Shown here piece by piece: positions 39,151 to 52,929 of a stretch of 64,000 bases of DNA. The translations under genes and the position numbers were made by a program. Positions within the stretch are counted from its first letter, which is position 1. Each line of letters starts with the position of its first letter. The stretch is taken from positions 129,022,001-129,086,000 of the forward strand of contig OX597817.1 in NCBI GenBank assembly GCA_951406725.2, given 5' to 3'. The notes beneath the pieces were generated by a model. It saw only the letters and a list, made by a program, of their open reading frames with translations. It did not search any database and was not told the origin of the DNA. The DNA comes from Octopus vulgaris (lineage: Eukaryota).

Positions 39151-39676
39151 TATTTTTTTACCCGCCCTAGCAATCGGAGTTGATATTTATCAATCATGGC
39201 TTTTGTTACTCACAAAGATTTGGACAATCCATCGGTATGGTAAAAGAAACTAGTCAAGGGTGTTGCATGTAAAGTGATCGAACATGGAACCACATAGTTG
39301 TAGAGCGTACCTCTTATCTATACAACCAAATCTGCACAAATATTCGAAATCCACATCAAACTTTTCCTTGCAGAATAAACACGGTCTGCTAAAATGCATT
39401 GAGTAACCTTTCAGTTAAATATAAAATTGCTTGGCATAAAAGGGAGACGAGAACATATATATATATATAGCAGTTAAAGCCTGGAGGTATCCCGATTAAA
39501 GCACATTCCCTGTCTATGGCTACCTGATATCATCCACAGTAACGATATGGCTGCCACTGGATTTGCCTTAGGAATTCCTCACTGTTCGTTGAGTGTATAA
39601 CAAATATGACAAACAAAAACTTTTCTCACTTGCTGTATATGTGCGTTCGTGTGTGTGTACACATATACATATATGA

Positions 39677-39710
<34 letters not shown>

Positions 39711-39721
39711 ATGTATGTATG

Positions 39722-39786
<65 letters not shown>

Positions 39787-40023
39787 GTGTATACTCTTAC
39801 TCTACTCTTTTACTTGTTTCAGCCATTTGACTGCGGCCGTGCTGGAGCACCGCCTTTAGTCGAGCAAATCGACCCCGGGACTTATTCTTTGTAAGCCCAG
39901 TACTTATTCTATCGGTCTCTTTTGCCGAACCGCTAAGTTACGGGGACGTAAACACACCAGCATCAGTTGTCAACCAATGCTAGGGGGACAAACACAGACA
40001 CACAAACACTTAAACATACATAC

Positions 40024-40085
<62 letters not shown>

Positions 40086-40260
40086 GTTTAAATATTTGTT
40101 GTGCAAGATTTTTTATGTGAAGTCGTGTGTTGAAACAGATATTGTTATATTTCGGAATGGTCATATTGCCAGTTTAGCCAATAAAAACACACGCACTATA
40201 TATTTGGTGTTATTTTGCTTCAGTGATATTTATTTTTTACATTAATCTTAATCTTATTTC

Positions 40261-40305
40261 GGCCAAAGTTCTTTCGTCACACTCCTGTGACCGCATCAGT
40301 GGTCC
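40261..40305 (-). ncRNA. Variant type-I hammerhead ribozyme in the PLE pLTR
   Basis: Minus strand reads GGACCA-CTGATGC-G-GTCAC-AGGAGT-GTGAC-GAAA-G-AA-C-TT-TGGCC. Stem II is a perfect 5 bp. The core has A9C plus one extra nucleotide. Predicted cleavage is after CUU, between 40266 and 40265. Confidence 0.65.
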
Positions 40306-40824
40306 TTTGTTTTCTTCTCACTTACTTGTGTCTCTCCTTACTAACCGTCAGCCATTTTGTATTTCTATTGTATGTCTTCATTTGCGCATGCTTATATCTC
40401 TATGTGCGTCTATGTTTATTTAGTGTGTGGGGGGGATGTCTGTAATATTTGTATCTTCTGGTTATATACATTCTTGTAATTTGTATTTTGTTTTTGTTGT
40501 TGTTGCTTTTGTTCTAATTTTGTTCATGTGTTTACATCCACCCATTATTATCATTACATATGCTTGTATGTATGTATAACAACAATATTAGTAATAATAA
40601 TAATAAATCTAATCGAGAAAAAAAAAAAAAAAAAAGAATATACATATACATATATATATATATATATATACATACACATACATATACATATATATATATA
40701 CATATATACACACATATATACACATATACATATACATATATATACACATATACATACACATAGATATTCATTTCTATTTCTTTAATTACCTGTGTATTTA
40801 TTATGTTTGCAGGATCCACTATTG

Positions 40825-42998
40825 TCATATGTTGTGGTGTGCGCTATTGCTCCATTCTAGTTTTCTATTCAGGCTAGGTTTATTTTCTATTATATGTGTA
40901 GCTTCTGTAATTTGTCTAATTGTTGCATCTGTTCTATGTGTGGACAATATCTTAATCTCTATGTTATTGATTGATCCCCCGTGTTCTTGTTCGGCGTGTT
41001 GGTACAGAATCGATGAGCTTTTACCTTCCTTGAGTTGTCTCCAATGTTCATTCACCCGCTCACCAATGCTTCTTGCAGTTTCCCCTACGTATGTTACTGT
41101 CTTGTTACTGCATCGTCCCTCTATACATCTTATACTATAGACCACATTTCTGGCTTTACAGTTCGTTTGTGGGCTAAATCTACATACAGTGCAATAGTTA
41201 TCCGTACAGAGAGTTCTACTAAAAGGATAGGTTCTACCAATTATAGATCTGATAGGGTTGCCTGGCTTTTCAACAACCTTAATTCTTAGTTTAAGTTTAT
41301 CTAGGGTCCTTCTAAAGCGGTACGCTAGTTCACCTCCAGGGGTGGTGTCAACGAACATGACACTCTGGTATTTATGGCTATCATACCAAGAGTTGGCCTT
41401 CCTTATTTTCTTTTTTGTCCTTTCTATAGTGTTCCATGACTTGTTCCTATAGAGTGGGCAAATCCCATTCCTATCATTACATAATATATTATCAAATTTC
41501 TTCATGGCTCCTTTGTATACTCTGATCCTTTCTTTATGGCTGTAACCTGAGAACTGCATGCGGTGAATGAAATACTGTATGTGTCTCTTTAATTCTGTAG
41601 GCTCGCACATGCGTGACACATTTCTCATTATTCTGACGAGGTCTGCCATCAAAATATTGAATTTGGCATTGCCCGCAATGGCTGAGTTCCGGTGGATCAG
41701 GTATTTTGAGGCCATAGGTTTTGCATAGTATGAATGAAGGATTTGGGTTTTATTTTTCACAATTTCTAGCCAGAGTTCAGTGTCTAGTACTGGTAGTCTA
41801 TGGTTGGGGTGTTTAATGGGGTAGTCTATTGTGACCTTAATACTCTGGTGGATGGAGTTAGCTATTTGCTGGATGCTCTCCATAGTATTAGTTTCTATTA
41901 CTATATCAACCGTACTCTCTTGTGGGGGTGCCTTTACTACTATATTGATATCATCAACATAGCGAGAGTACATGTTTACGAGTATGGATTTCTGCAGTAG
42001 GCATTCTTTAAGCCTTCTGTCCCACCATACCATGAAGAGGTTGGCCACATCACCAGCGATACTAACACCGATGGCTGCCCCCTCGTCCTGGGCATATATT
42101 TTATTATTAAATTTAAATGTGTGGCCTTTTAGGGTAACTCTTATACTAGCTCCTAGTGCATGTGCGATCATTTTCTTTACCTGATGGACATTTGCGGGGC
42201 TCCGTATGGCTCTGGTCCATCCGCGCCATCTTTCTATATGTGTCTTCCTAGCCATAGAAGTAATTGTAGGCGGTCTACCTCTTAAACATCTACTGGGGCA
42301 GAAACTACTAAGATTATGTTTATCTAAGTATTCACTATTATATGTCAGTCTAAGTAGGAGGCCCAGTTCTTCTGTGTCGACATTACAGAACTCCACCTGG
42401 CTCTCGTTGATCATCTCCACGCACTTCTCCACTGCAAAATCTACGTCAATCGATGGGTATAGGGATACCACATCCATGCTACCTACTATACATCCTGTCA
42501 AGTCACAAGTTTTGTTACAGTCACTGATCCTGCTTAGGAGATCTTCTGTGCTGTCACATACATCAGGTGACATCCTGATTATAGGGCGTATGATCATTGA
42601 GAGGAAGTAGGAGATTCTGTAATTGCTAGCGATATTCGCTCCACAGACTGGTCTTGTTGGTGGTCCTGCTATAGGGTCAGTAAAACCTTTATGGTCCTTG
42701 CGAAGTCCATACAGTGCCGGGATATCATTGTTCCAGGCTTGGAAATTCTTTGCAGTACGTTTCTGAGGTCCCAGAACAATTGTCCACATCATCATGTGGG
42801 CATTGAGGACCTTTTCTCTCTCCTCATGCGCCTGTACAGTTGTTACTTTTGTATTGGCGATATGAGGTTGCATTGCCTGGATGTAGTTCGGTAAGCTGTC
42901 TATTGACATCCTGCCTGACTTATCCGTGGGAAGGCATATCACCTCTCCGTTCCTCGTGCGCTGAATGAGCTTCTGTAGGCCACATGCAGGTTTAATCC
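40825..42998 (-). CDS. PLE reverse transcriptase plus C-terminal GIY-YIG endonuclease; uninterrupted, N-terminally truncated, possibly Naiad clade
   Basis: [30 protein letters not shown] (motif A), [17 protein letters not shown] (B'), YSRYVDDI (C), LPVLD (E), Cys linker [11 protein letters not shown], and NVVYSIRC...[16 protein letters not shown]...RQITEA..I....PSLN. The first 15 aa of the tracked ORF (to 43044) come from the inverted repeat. Confidence 0.95.
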
Positions 42999-43120
42999 CT
43001 TTGGCCGAAATAAGATTAAGATTAATGTAAAAAATAAATATCACTGAAGCAAAATAACACCAAATATATAGTGCGTGTGTTTTTATTGGCTAAACTGGCA
43101 ATATGACCATTCCGAAATAT

Positions 43121-43176
<56 letters not shown>

Positions 43177-43940
43177 GACAGGTTTCTTTCAGTTTCCGTC
43201 TACCAAATCCACTCACAAGGCTTCAGTCGGCCCGGGGCTATAGCAGAAGACACTTGCCCAAGATGCCACGTAGTGGGACTGAACCCGGAACCATGTGGTT
43301 GGTTAGCAAGCTACTTACCACACAGCCACTCCTGCGCCTATGTAGTGAATTTTAGAAGCGGCTTTAACACTTGAGGACTTAGCCAATATTATAACTGTTA
43401 GATTCCTCATACAGATAATTTTCTTTCATGAGTAAAGTTTTGTGTAGAACCAACCACATATTTTGGAACTGCTGTGAGTACAAAGTTGGTGCAAAAGTTA
43501 GCCATAAACTCAATGAGCAACGTACCCCAGACTTTTCCATTAGAGTTCTTTATGTCCTGGCTTAGTAGGTTTCGCCAAATCTAAGAGTCCATCCTTCCCT
43601 GTTAGCCTCTTAGGCTAAATGTGCCTCTAGGCACCAAAGCAGAAACTACTAAGTCCCCGTTCAAGTTTACACACTCAAACACACGCGCGAGCGCACATTC
43701 ATAAATATCAGACAATGGGAATACCTGCTGAAAAACGTATTATTGAATAAAGATAAAAATTCATTATTTGTGTATTAAGGCTACCACTAGTTTCAACAAT
43801 TATCAAGCCATTCACATGGGGCATAGATGTTCGTCTCTATTTTGGATTAAAACACTTATGTCCCATGTAATAGGTATTATAAATGTTAAGGTATTCCTTA
43901 ACAGGAAACCAGTGGTAGCCTTAAAACACAAATATATTAT

Positions 43941-43973
<33 letters not shown>

Positions 43974-44007
43974 TAAATGTGTGTGTGTGTGCTTGTGTCT
44001 GTGTGTG

Positions 44008-44063
<56 letters not shown>

Positions 44064-44600
44064 GGCCTGGCCCTTGATTTCCTGAGCTCATTCTCCCTTT
44101 TTGCGGGTAATGTTTTTCATCTCTCAGGATGTCCCAAAATCACCATAATCCGTTAAGTTTAGTGGCGTTGCTGGTTTTGTCGTCAACCATCCGACCATGC
44201 AACAAGTTGTACTTAGTTGAATATTACCAGCATGACCTTACACACACACACACACACACACATGCACACACACACACACACACACACACGCACGCACGCA
44301 CACACACGCACACGAAGAATATCACTTCGCAATTAAGAGATTCCGGGTTCGATCCCGCTGCTGTGGAACGATAACTAGCTTTTGATCGAAAGAGGATATA
44401 CGGAAACTGTGCTGAAGTTCGTCTGTTGGATTGTATTAGGTGCAGCCCTATCACTCACTGTAACTTGCTGATATTGTCCGACAATCATGTTAATGAGATA
44501 CCTGCAAGTACAATTAACAAGCAATTAGATTATAATTCGATAAGCAAGTGAATTCAGTTGATTGACCATCTGAAATTTCATCGTCGAAATATACATATAC

Positions 44601-44742
<142 letters not shown>

Positions 44743-44931
44743 GTGTGGCGTATGTGTGTGTGTATATGTTTTGTGTGTGTGTTTCTTTGTTTCAGTTCTT
44801 AATTTCATTCACAAACAACAGAGACAAAAGGTACTAGATTCTTTTGTTGGTATTCAGTCAACAACAATAAACAGACACGTCAAACGCTGGACGCTTGATA
44901 AGATTTGCACGTGCCTTTATACACACACACA

Positions 44932-44971
<40 letters not shown>

Positions 44972-45421
44972 TACTCAGATATATAGCATTCATACAGAAA
45001 TACATATCATACATGTATATGTATCTATGTATGTATGTGCACTCACTTGCATGCAGCAAACAATACAGGTATAAATAAACTTACCTGGTTAGACTGTTAG
45101 ACTCGGTCAGTGAAGTTGCGTGTTGTGTCACATTTCATTTCTTCCTGGCATTCTTTTTTCTTTCGCTTTTCGTTCTGTGTTGTTGTAAATTTTATTTACT
45201 TTTTTCGTTTTATTTCATTATATTTTTCTTTCCCTATATCTTCTTCTTTTTTTTTCTATTTAATTTAATTTCATTTTCTTTTTCACTCTTTATTATTTTT
45301 TACTTCTTATTTTCTTAAATTTTTTCTTTACTTAAGCCGCTTGCTCGAAACTTGCCGGAGGTATGCGTCAGTAGTTATGAAAAAAAGAATGTGTATACTA
45401 TAGTTAAGTGTCCGGTGGTAC

Positions 45422-45529
<108 letters not shown>

Positions 45530-45876
45530 ACACCTACATATATATGTATGAATACACATATATATGTTATATATACACATATATTATATATATATATCCA
45601 CACCTACATATATATGTAGCTTACATATGAATATCTTATCACACACATGCATATATGTGTGCATACATTATATACAGATGTGTGCATTATACACCGTTGC
45701 GTGTGCATACTTACGTTTGTTCGACTACTATAGAGAATGATGACCTAGAGAACGAAAATATAAACAAAGCAAAATTAAGCAACAAAATATAAATAATTAC
45801 ACCAATCAAATACACACACACACATATATACATACATAATCATACACACACACGTGAAAACATGTACATATATATG

Positions 45877-46380
<504 letters not shown>

Positions 46381-46780
46381 ATATATATATATACAGCGCA
46401 ATTATGATGACGACTCCAACCATAGCAACACGAACGTGCCAATGAGGAACCTCCAACGGGTTTTTTCGTTTTGTTAGAAATGGTGGCCAAAACTCCCTCA
46501 TAGTATTCTCGATATTCTTAAAAGAATCATAGGGCGACATTGAATAAAGAAGTCCTAGATTTCACAGTCTCGACAAAGTAAACACGAGTTGGCTGCGGTT
46601 GAAATGGGTCGAATTCACCGGGGTTGACCAAGGGTTAAATAAAACCACCAACAACAAACATCTCTCAAAGTCTCTCTCTCTTTCTCGTTCTCTCTCTCTA
46701 TTTCTCTCTCTCTATTTCTCTCTCTTTCTCTCATTTACTAAGTCTACTGAGGCTCTCTATTTCATATTCTTTTAATTATT

Positions 46781-46824
<44 letters not shown>

Positions 46825-46991
46825 CAATGGGCTTCTACGCAATGGTTGGGTAGCCTTATGCAAGGAAACATTCGACCAATGTTTCATGCAGTGAAATTGA
46901 ACCTGAAACCACGTGGCTGCAGAGCAAAACGTATTTACCACGGAACTATATTTACCATACAGCCACACACACACACACACACATACACAAT

Positions 46992-47423
46992 CCTTTCTAC
47001 TATAGGCACAAGGTCTGAAATTTGGTGCGAGGGGTGGGGCAGTCGATTAGATCGACCCCTACACGCAACTGGTACTTAATTTATCGACCCCGAAAGGATG
47101 AAAGGCAAAGTCAGCCTCGGCGGAATTTGAACTCAGAACGTAAAGACATACAAAATACAGCTCAGCATTTCGCCCGTGTGCTAACGATTCTTATTTCTTT
47201 ACTGCCCACAAGGGGCTACACACAGAGGGGACAAACAAGGACAGTCAAACGGATTAAATCGATTATATCGACCCCAGTGCGTAAATGGTACTTATTTAAT
47301 CGACCCCGAAAGGATGAAAGGCAAAGTCGACCTCGGCGGAATTTGAACTCCGAACGTATCGACAGACGAAATACCGCTGAGCATTTCGCCCGGCGCGCTA
47401 ACGTTTCTGCCAGCTCGCCGCCT
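46992..47423 (-). mobile_element. SINE family B dimer
   Basis: A full copy followed by a 5'-truncated copy with the alternative tail. Confidence 0.85.
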
Positions 47424-48314
47424 TACGCACACATATATAATGAACACATACATTCATGCATACATACTTACAGATATATATATAAACATACATACACAAA
47501 TGAACACACACACTCTCTCCCCCTCTCTCCCTCTCTCACAAACACACACACGAATGTTCCTCTTTCGTGGTCTCTGTTATTTCCTCCTTCATTCTTAATC
47601 TCTCGCACTCCCTCTCCTCTCCGTATCTTTTTCATTTTTCTATCTAACGCCGTCTTTTCCTTTCCATATCTCTCTATTTCTCTCCCCCTCTCCCTCTCCC
47701 TCTCTACATTCTCCCTCTCTTACACATACATGATCAGAACTCTCATTTGGTTTTCTTGCTCTACTCCATCCCCCCCCCCCATTTCTCTAACCTTCTTTAT
47801 TTTCTGATGCCCTAATCTTCTCTTCCAAATCTATTCACCATTCTGCCACCTTACGACATATGTAACCTAAATCCGGCCCTACGGCATCATTCAAGACCCT
47901 TATTAAGGTCATTGGCACATTTACCCCTATTTAAGCCTACTTATAAAAGAAAAAAGGAAAAGAAACAAACGCAGAAGACAAGTTCTTTCAGAGGTAATTG
48001 GGATGTCGATTAAATTAGTCTCTTTTTAATCTTTAACCTTTAATCTTTATTCTCAATATTTTCGTCTCGTCCACCACCAGCTATATTTATGTACGAGTTA
48101 ATCTAAGAATCCTTAGCGTGGATGTCAATCTGACAGAAATAGCAGTAAAATTCCCTAAAAAGAAATTCTGCCAGCGTGAAGAGAGTGGGTCGCATTATAT
48201 AACGTGGTCTTTGGCAATTTAGAAAACAGGGTGGAATGATCATGGCGTCGATGTCTTGATGATAAATGTCTGCCCTGTTTTAGAGGTGAACGGAAGCAAA
48301 ACAGTTAGATCAGC

Positions 48315-48678
48315 AGGGGAGGTGGACAATCGATCACATGGACTCCTGTACTTGACTGGTACTTAATTTATTGACCCCGAAAGGATGAAAGGCAAAGTCA
48401 ACCTTGTCGGAATTTGAACTCAGAACGTAGCGGCAGACGAAATACCTATTTCTTTACTACCCACAAGGGGCTAAACACAGAGAGGACAAAGAGGACAGAT
48501 AAGCGGATTAAGTCGATTACATCGACCCCAGTGCGTAACTGGCACTTAATTTAATCGACCCCGAAAGGATGAAAGGCAAAGTCGAACTCGGCGGAATTTG
48601 AACTCAGAACGTAACGGCAGACGAAATACGGCTACGTACTTCGCCCGGCATGCTAATGTTTCTGCCAGCTCGCCGCCT
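48315..48678 (-). mobile_element. SINE family B dimer
   Basis: Same architecture as 51426-51825. Confidence 0.85.
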
Positions 48679-49321
48679 TCACAGTAACAATATAATATAG
48701 ATTTCATAATTCTCTTCACAGCTACACAGCTTTCGTCATCATGACTTGCTGTTCTTTTAATTTTTGGTTTGGTTCTAAGTATTCCTAAATTCTCCTACTC
48801 GCTTCGAAAACACGTAGCCTAATCACGGACTATACGCGATAATAAAGTGTGCGGTATCACAAAAGTCTCTTTTTCTTTTGTGAGTCCTGCTGAAAGAATT
48901 GCTGTGGCCGCGATGTGAATGCTTCTTTCTTCGCCCCTTCAAAAAGCCGATTGTGAAAAATAAAAAAATAAAATAAAATAAAAGGAGAAATACACCTAGT
49001 ACTTGACCAGTATTTTGTTCATCGACTCAGAAGCCATGAGAGGCAAAAGTCAACCTCAGCAGGACTTGAATCCCAAAATGCAGAGAAACGAAACAACACT
49101 ATAATTTTTTATGACCTTCATTTAGAAATACGTGGATGAGAACGGAAGTAGTCATGAAATCAAGATTTCAATTTATATCATTTTAAGTTCTAAGGTATAG
49201 GAATTGATTCTATTATAGGCACTAGGGCCTGAAATACCGCACGACATTTTTTCGAAAATTTAGTGTGTGTATATGTGTGTGGAGGTAAGTAGGAAAGAAA
49301 GATAGATAGATCGATAGATAA

Positions 49322-49391
<70 letters not shown>

Positions 49392-49646
49392 GCAGGCAGG
49401 CAGACAGGCAAACAGACAGAGAAAGAGGTGGCGTCACAGTGAAAGCGACACGGAAATAAAGAAAAATGAAGATGAGAAAGGGAAAGAGCGAAAAGGTGAA
49501 AGATGTCGGAATGAAATGAAAAAGATATAAAAATAGATGAACGAAAAAAAGAAAAGAACAGGTAAAAGTTAGATAGATAGATAGATACATACATACATAC
49601 ATACATACATACATACATACATACATACATTGATATCTATATATAT

Positions 49647-49747
<101 letters not shown>

Positions 49748-49918
49748 TAGATAGATAGATAGATAGCTAGATAGATAGATAGATAGATAGAGGCATGTTA
49801 TTTCCCAGCATCGTCTAACCTGTCTTAATTATCGCTGCTAGTGTCGACAATATATATATTATACACTCTGTAATTATACTCAGACCACCCGAACCTGCAA
49901 TCATCAAACCGAAGCCCA

Positions 49919-49967
<49 letters not shown>

Positions 49968-50294
49968 TGTGTGTGGCTATACATACCTACAGGCATACAT
50001 ACATACATGTATGAGTGTGCGTGTTTATGCGTACAAACCTCCCTAATACCACAGTGCATATTTTTATTGTATTCTTTTATTCATTATATATGTGTGGGTG
50101 AATTTGAATATATATATGCATGAATCTGTATCTGTGTGTATATATGTATATGTATATGGATGTGTGAGTGTGTATAACAAAAGAAGCATTCACGCTTCAC
50201 ATCATTTTTGTTGTTTAGAGTGGTCCATAATTTCTGTTTTGCAATACAACAACATACCATGCCGAGCAATCTGCAAAGAACGGCAAAAATAATA

Positions 50295-52250
50295 TCGGTT
50301 TCAACTTTTGGCACAAGGATAGCAATTTAGGAGGAGATAGTAAGTCGATTACATCGACCCCAGTGCTCAACTGGTACTTTTTGTTATCGCACCCTAAAGG
50401 ATGAAGGGCAAAGTCGACCTCGGTGAAATTTGAACTTAAAACGTAAAGCCAGACAAAATGTCGCTAAGCATTTTCGCCGGTGTACTAACGATTCTGCCAG
50501 CAAGCCGCCTTGAATTCTTTCTAATTTTGGAACAAGACCAGCAATTTTGAGGGGAGAGCCTAATCAAGTACTAATCAGCACTTGGCTGATATTTGATGTT
50601 ATCGACCCTGAAGAATAACAGGTGAAGTTGACTCTGGTTAGAAATTTGAACTTAGATTGTAAAGAGCCGGAAGAAATACCTCTAAGCATTTTGTCCAAGG
50701 CTTTAGTGATTCTACCAGCTTGCTGTCTTCCATAGTAATCTTAATAATAATTGTATCTATCAAAGTCTCGACGTTTGAATTACGGGAAAAGTGATTAGGC
50801 GATTAAAGTAACAGCAGTTCCGAAAGGGAGATAACCAAAAAGATCTCAGCGGGATTTATTCTTCTGGCATAAAAATATACTGAAGCCAATACTTATTTAC
50901 CTATCCACCGCTTTGGTTCTATTAATTATCCTTTCTACTGTCGCCACAAAGTCTGAAATTTTGAAGGAGGTTTAAGTCAATTACATCGATCCTAGTGCTC
51001 AATTGGTATTTATTTTATTGTATTCATCCGAAAAGATAAATGGCGAAGTTAACCACGGTGGAATTTGAATTCAGAACGTATAGACGAACGAAATGCCGCT
51101 AAGCATTTTTTCCGGCGTACTAACGATTCTGCCAGCAAGCCGCCTTGAATTCTTTCTAATTTTGGAACAAGACCAGCAACAAGACTAGCTTTAGTACGAA
51201 TAATAGTTTCTGATAAAGAAACAAAGCCGGAATTTTTGCGAGAAGGGTTTTGTCTAAACCGGCGATCCCACTATCCAGTTGGTATTTCATTTCGTCATCT
51301 TTGAAGAGATAAAAGCAGAATTGACCTCGGTGCGAAATGAACATAGAACGTAGAGTTGGAAGAAATACCGCAAGACATTTTCCCCCGACGTTCTATCTGA
51401 CACCTTTAATGATTATTTCTGATTGAAGGCGGCGAGCTGGCAGAAACGTTAGCACGCCGGGCGAAATGCGTAGCCGTATTTCGTCTGCTGTTACGCTCTG
51501 AGTTCAAATTCCGCATAGGTCGACTTTGCCTTTCATCCTTTTGGGGTCGATAAATTAAGTACCAGTTACGCAATGGGGTCGATGTAATCGACTTAATCCG
51601 TTTGTCTGTCCTTGTTTGTACCCTCTGTGTTTAGCCGCTTGTGGGTAGTAAAGAAATAGGTATTTCGTCTGCCGTTACGTTATGAGTTCAAATTCCGCTG
51701 AGGTTGTCTTTGCCTTTCATCCTTTCGAGGTCGATAAATTAAGTACCAGTTACATACTGGAGTCGATCTAATAGACTGCCCCCCCTCCAAAATTTCTGGC
51801 CTTGTGCCCAGAGTAGAAAAGAATAATTCTTTCTAATTTAAGCAACAGGGCAATAATTCCCTCCCCAGTATCTGGCTGGAACTTTATTTTATCCATTTTG
51901 AAAGGAAAAGGCCTGAAATGACTGTGATGGGAATTGAACTCAGAACAAAATGACTTGGATCAAATGCCAGAAGTTATTTAATCTGGGGCTTTAAGGAAAT
52001 TGCCAATCCACCACTTTAGTAAGAATTGCGCGTAAGATGGCGAGCTGGCAGAAACGTTAGCACACCGGACGAAATTCTTATCGGGATTTCGTCTGTCTTT
52101 ACGTTCTGAGTTCAAATTCCTCCGAGGTCGACTTTGCATGTCAACTTTCCGAAGTGTATAAATTAAGTACCAGTTGCGTCCCGGAGTCGATCTAATAGAC
52201 TGGCCCCCTCCTCCAAAATTTCGGGCCTTGTGCCTAGAGTGGAAAAGAAT
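50295..52250. mobile_element. Dense cluster of SINE family B copies of mixed age (minus 50295-51400; plus 51426-51825 and 52034-52250)
   Basis: About 8 central-domain copies. 50463-50544 is duplicated at 51098-51179. Confidence 0.8.
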
Positions 52251-52840
52251 GCTTATCGTGCAGTTTTTAAGCTAATTTCTTTCAACCCTACTGCTTTTCC
52301 GTTTTATTTTTTTGAAACATTTACAATTTCTTTGTTATATTTTGTTTCTGTTTCTTAATTTGTATAGATGCTTTTCTGCTTAAATGTGGGATTAAGAAAT
52401 AAAAACAGAAATTGTATATAAATTAACACATAAGTAACTAAAAGATATTGTGAAAGGTTGTGCTGGAAAGCCACATAACTGACAGGGGTTAGTGAAGTGG
52501 AAGACATTCCGCAATAATGATAGATTTCCACTCGAACCTTTGACTATCAGCGCCGTTAGCTCATTATACATTATTGCTGGTAAATGAGTAAAAATACAGA
52601 GGAACGAGATTACAACAGAGACAGATTTTCCCCTACCGGTACCCATAACCCATCGATAGACGTTGCTATTTGAAATATAAAACTTGTCTAACACATACAT
52701 ATACACTCACTCACACACGTACATACATACCTTCTTCTTATCTTTTATATATATATATATATACATATATATGTACACATTACATACATACTCAAACGCA
52801 CACACTCTCATACGTGCGTAGATACAAATACATATGTATA

Positions 52841-52929
<89 letters not shown>

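Larger units (their letters stand above)
40085..43128 (-). mobile_element. Penelope-like retroelement, 5'-truncated, with an inverted terminal pLTR segment, inserted in (TA)n
   Basis: RT plus GIY-YIG ORF. The 3' pLTR at 40085-40824 contains a hammerhead motif. A 130-bp perfect inverted repeat spans 40139-40268 and 42999-43128. (TA)n lies on both sides. Confidence 0.95.
39793..43338 (-). mobile_element. SINE family A copy split by the PLE (tail half 39793-40084, head half 43129-43338)
   Basis: The two halves join through (TA)n to give a complete copy like 30355-30799. Confidence 0.9.

Noticed and set aside
40819-40827. Terminal TGA as a selenocysteine codon
   Set aside because: It is followed by CAA TAG, lies after the end of the GIY-YIG domain, and no SECIS was recognised.
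42999-43044. N-terminus MIFIFYINLNLISAK of the 739-aa ORF
   Set aside because: It is antisense pLTR sequence from the inverted repeat (the same peptide appears at 40223+) with a GTG start, so it is not the real N-terminus.
47022-47807. 261-aa ORF
   Set aside because: It is an antisense reading of a SINE dimer plus simple repeats.
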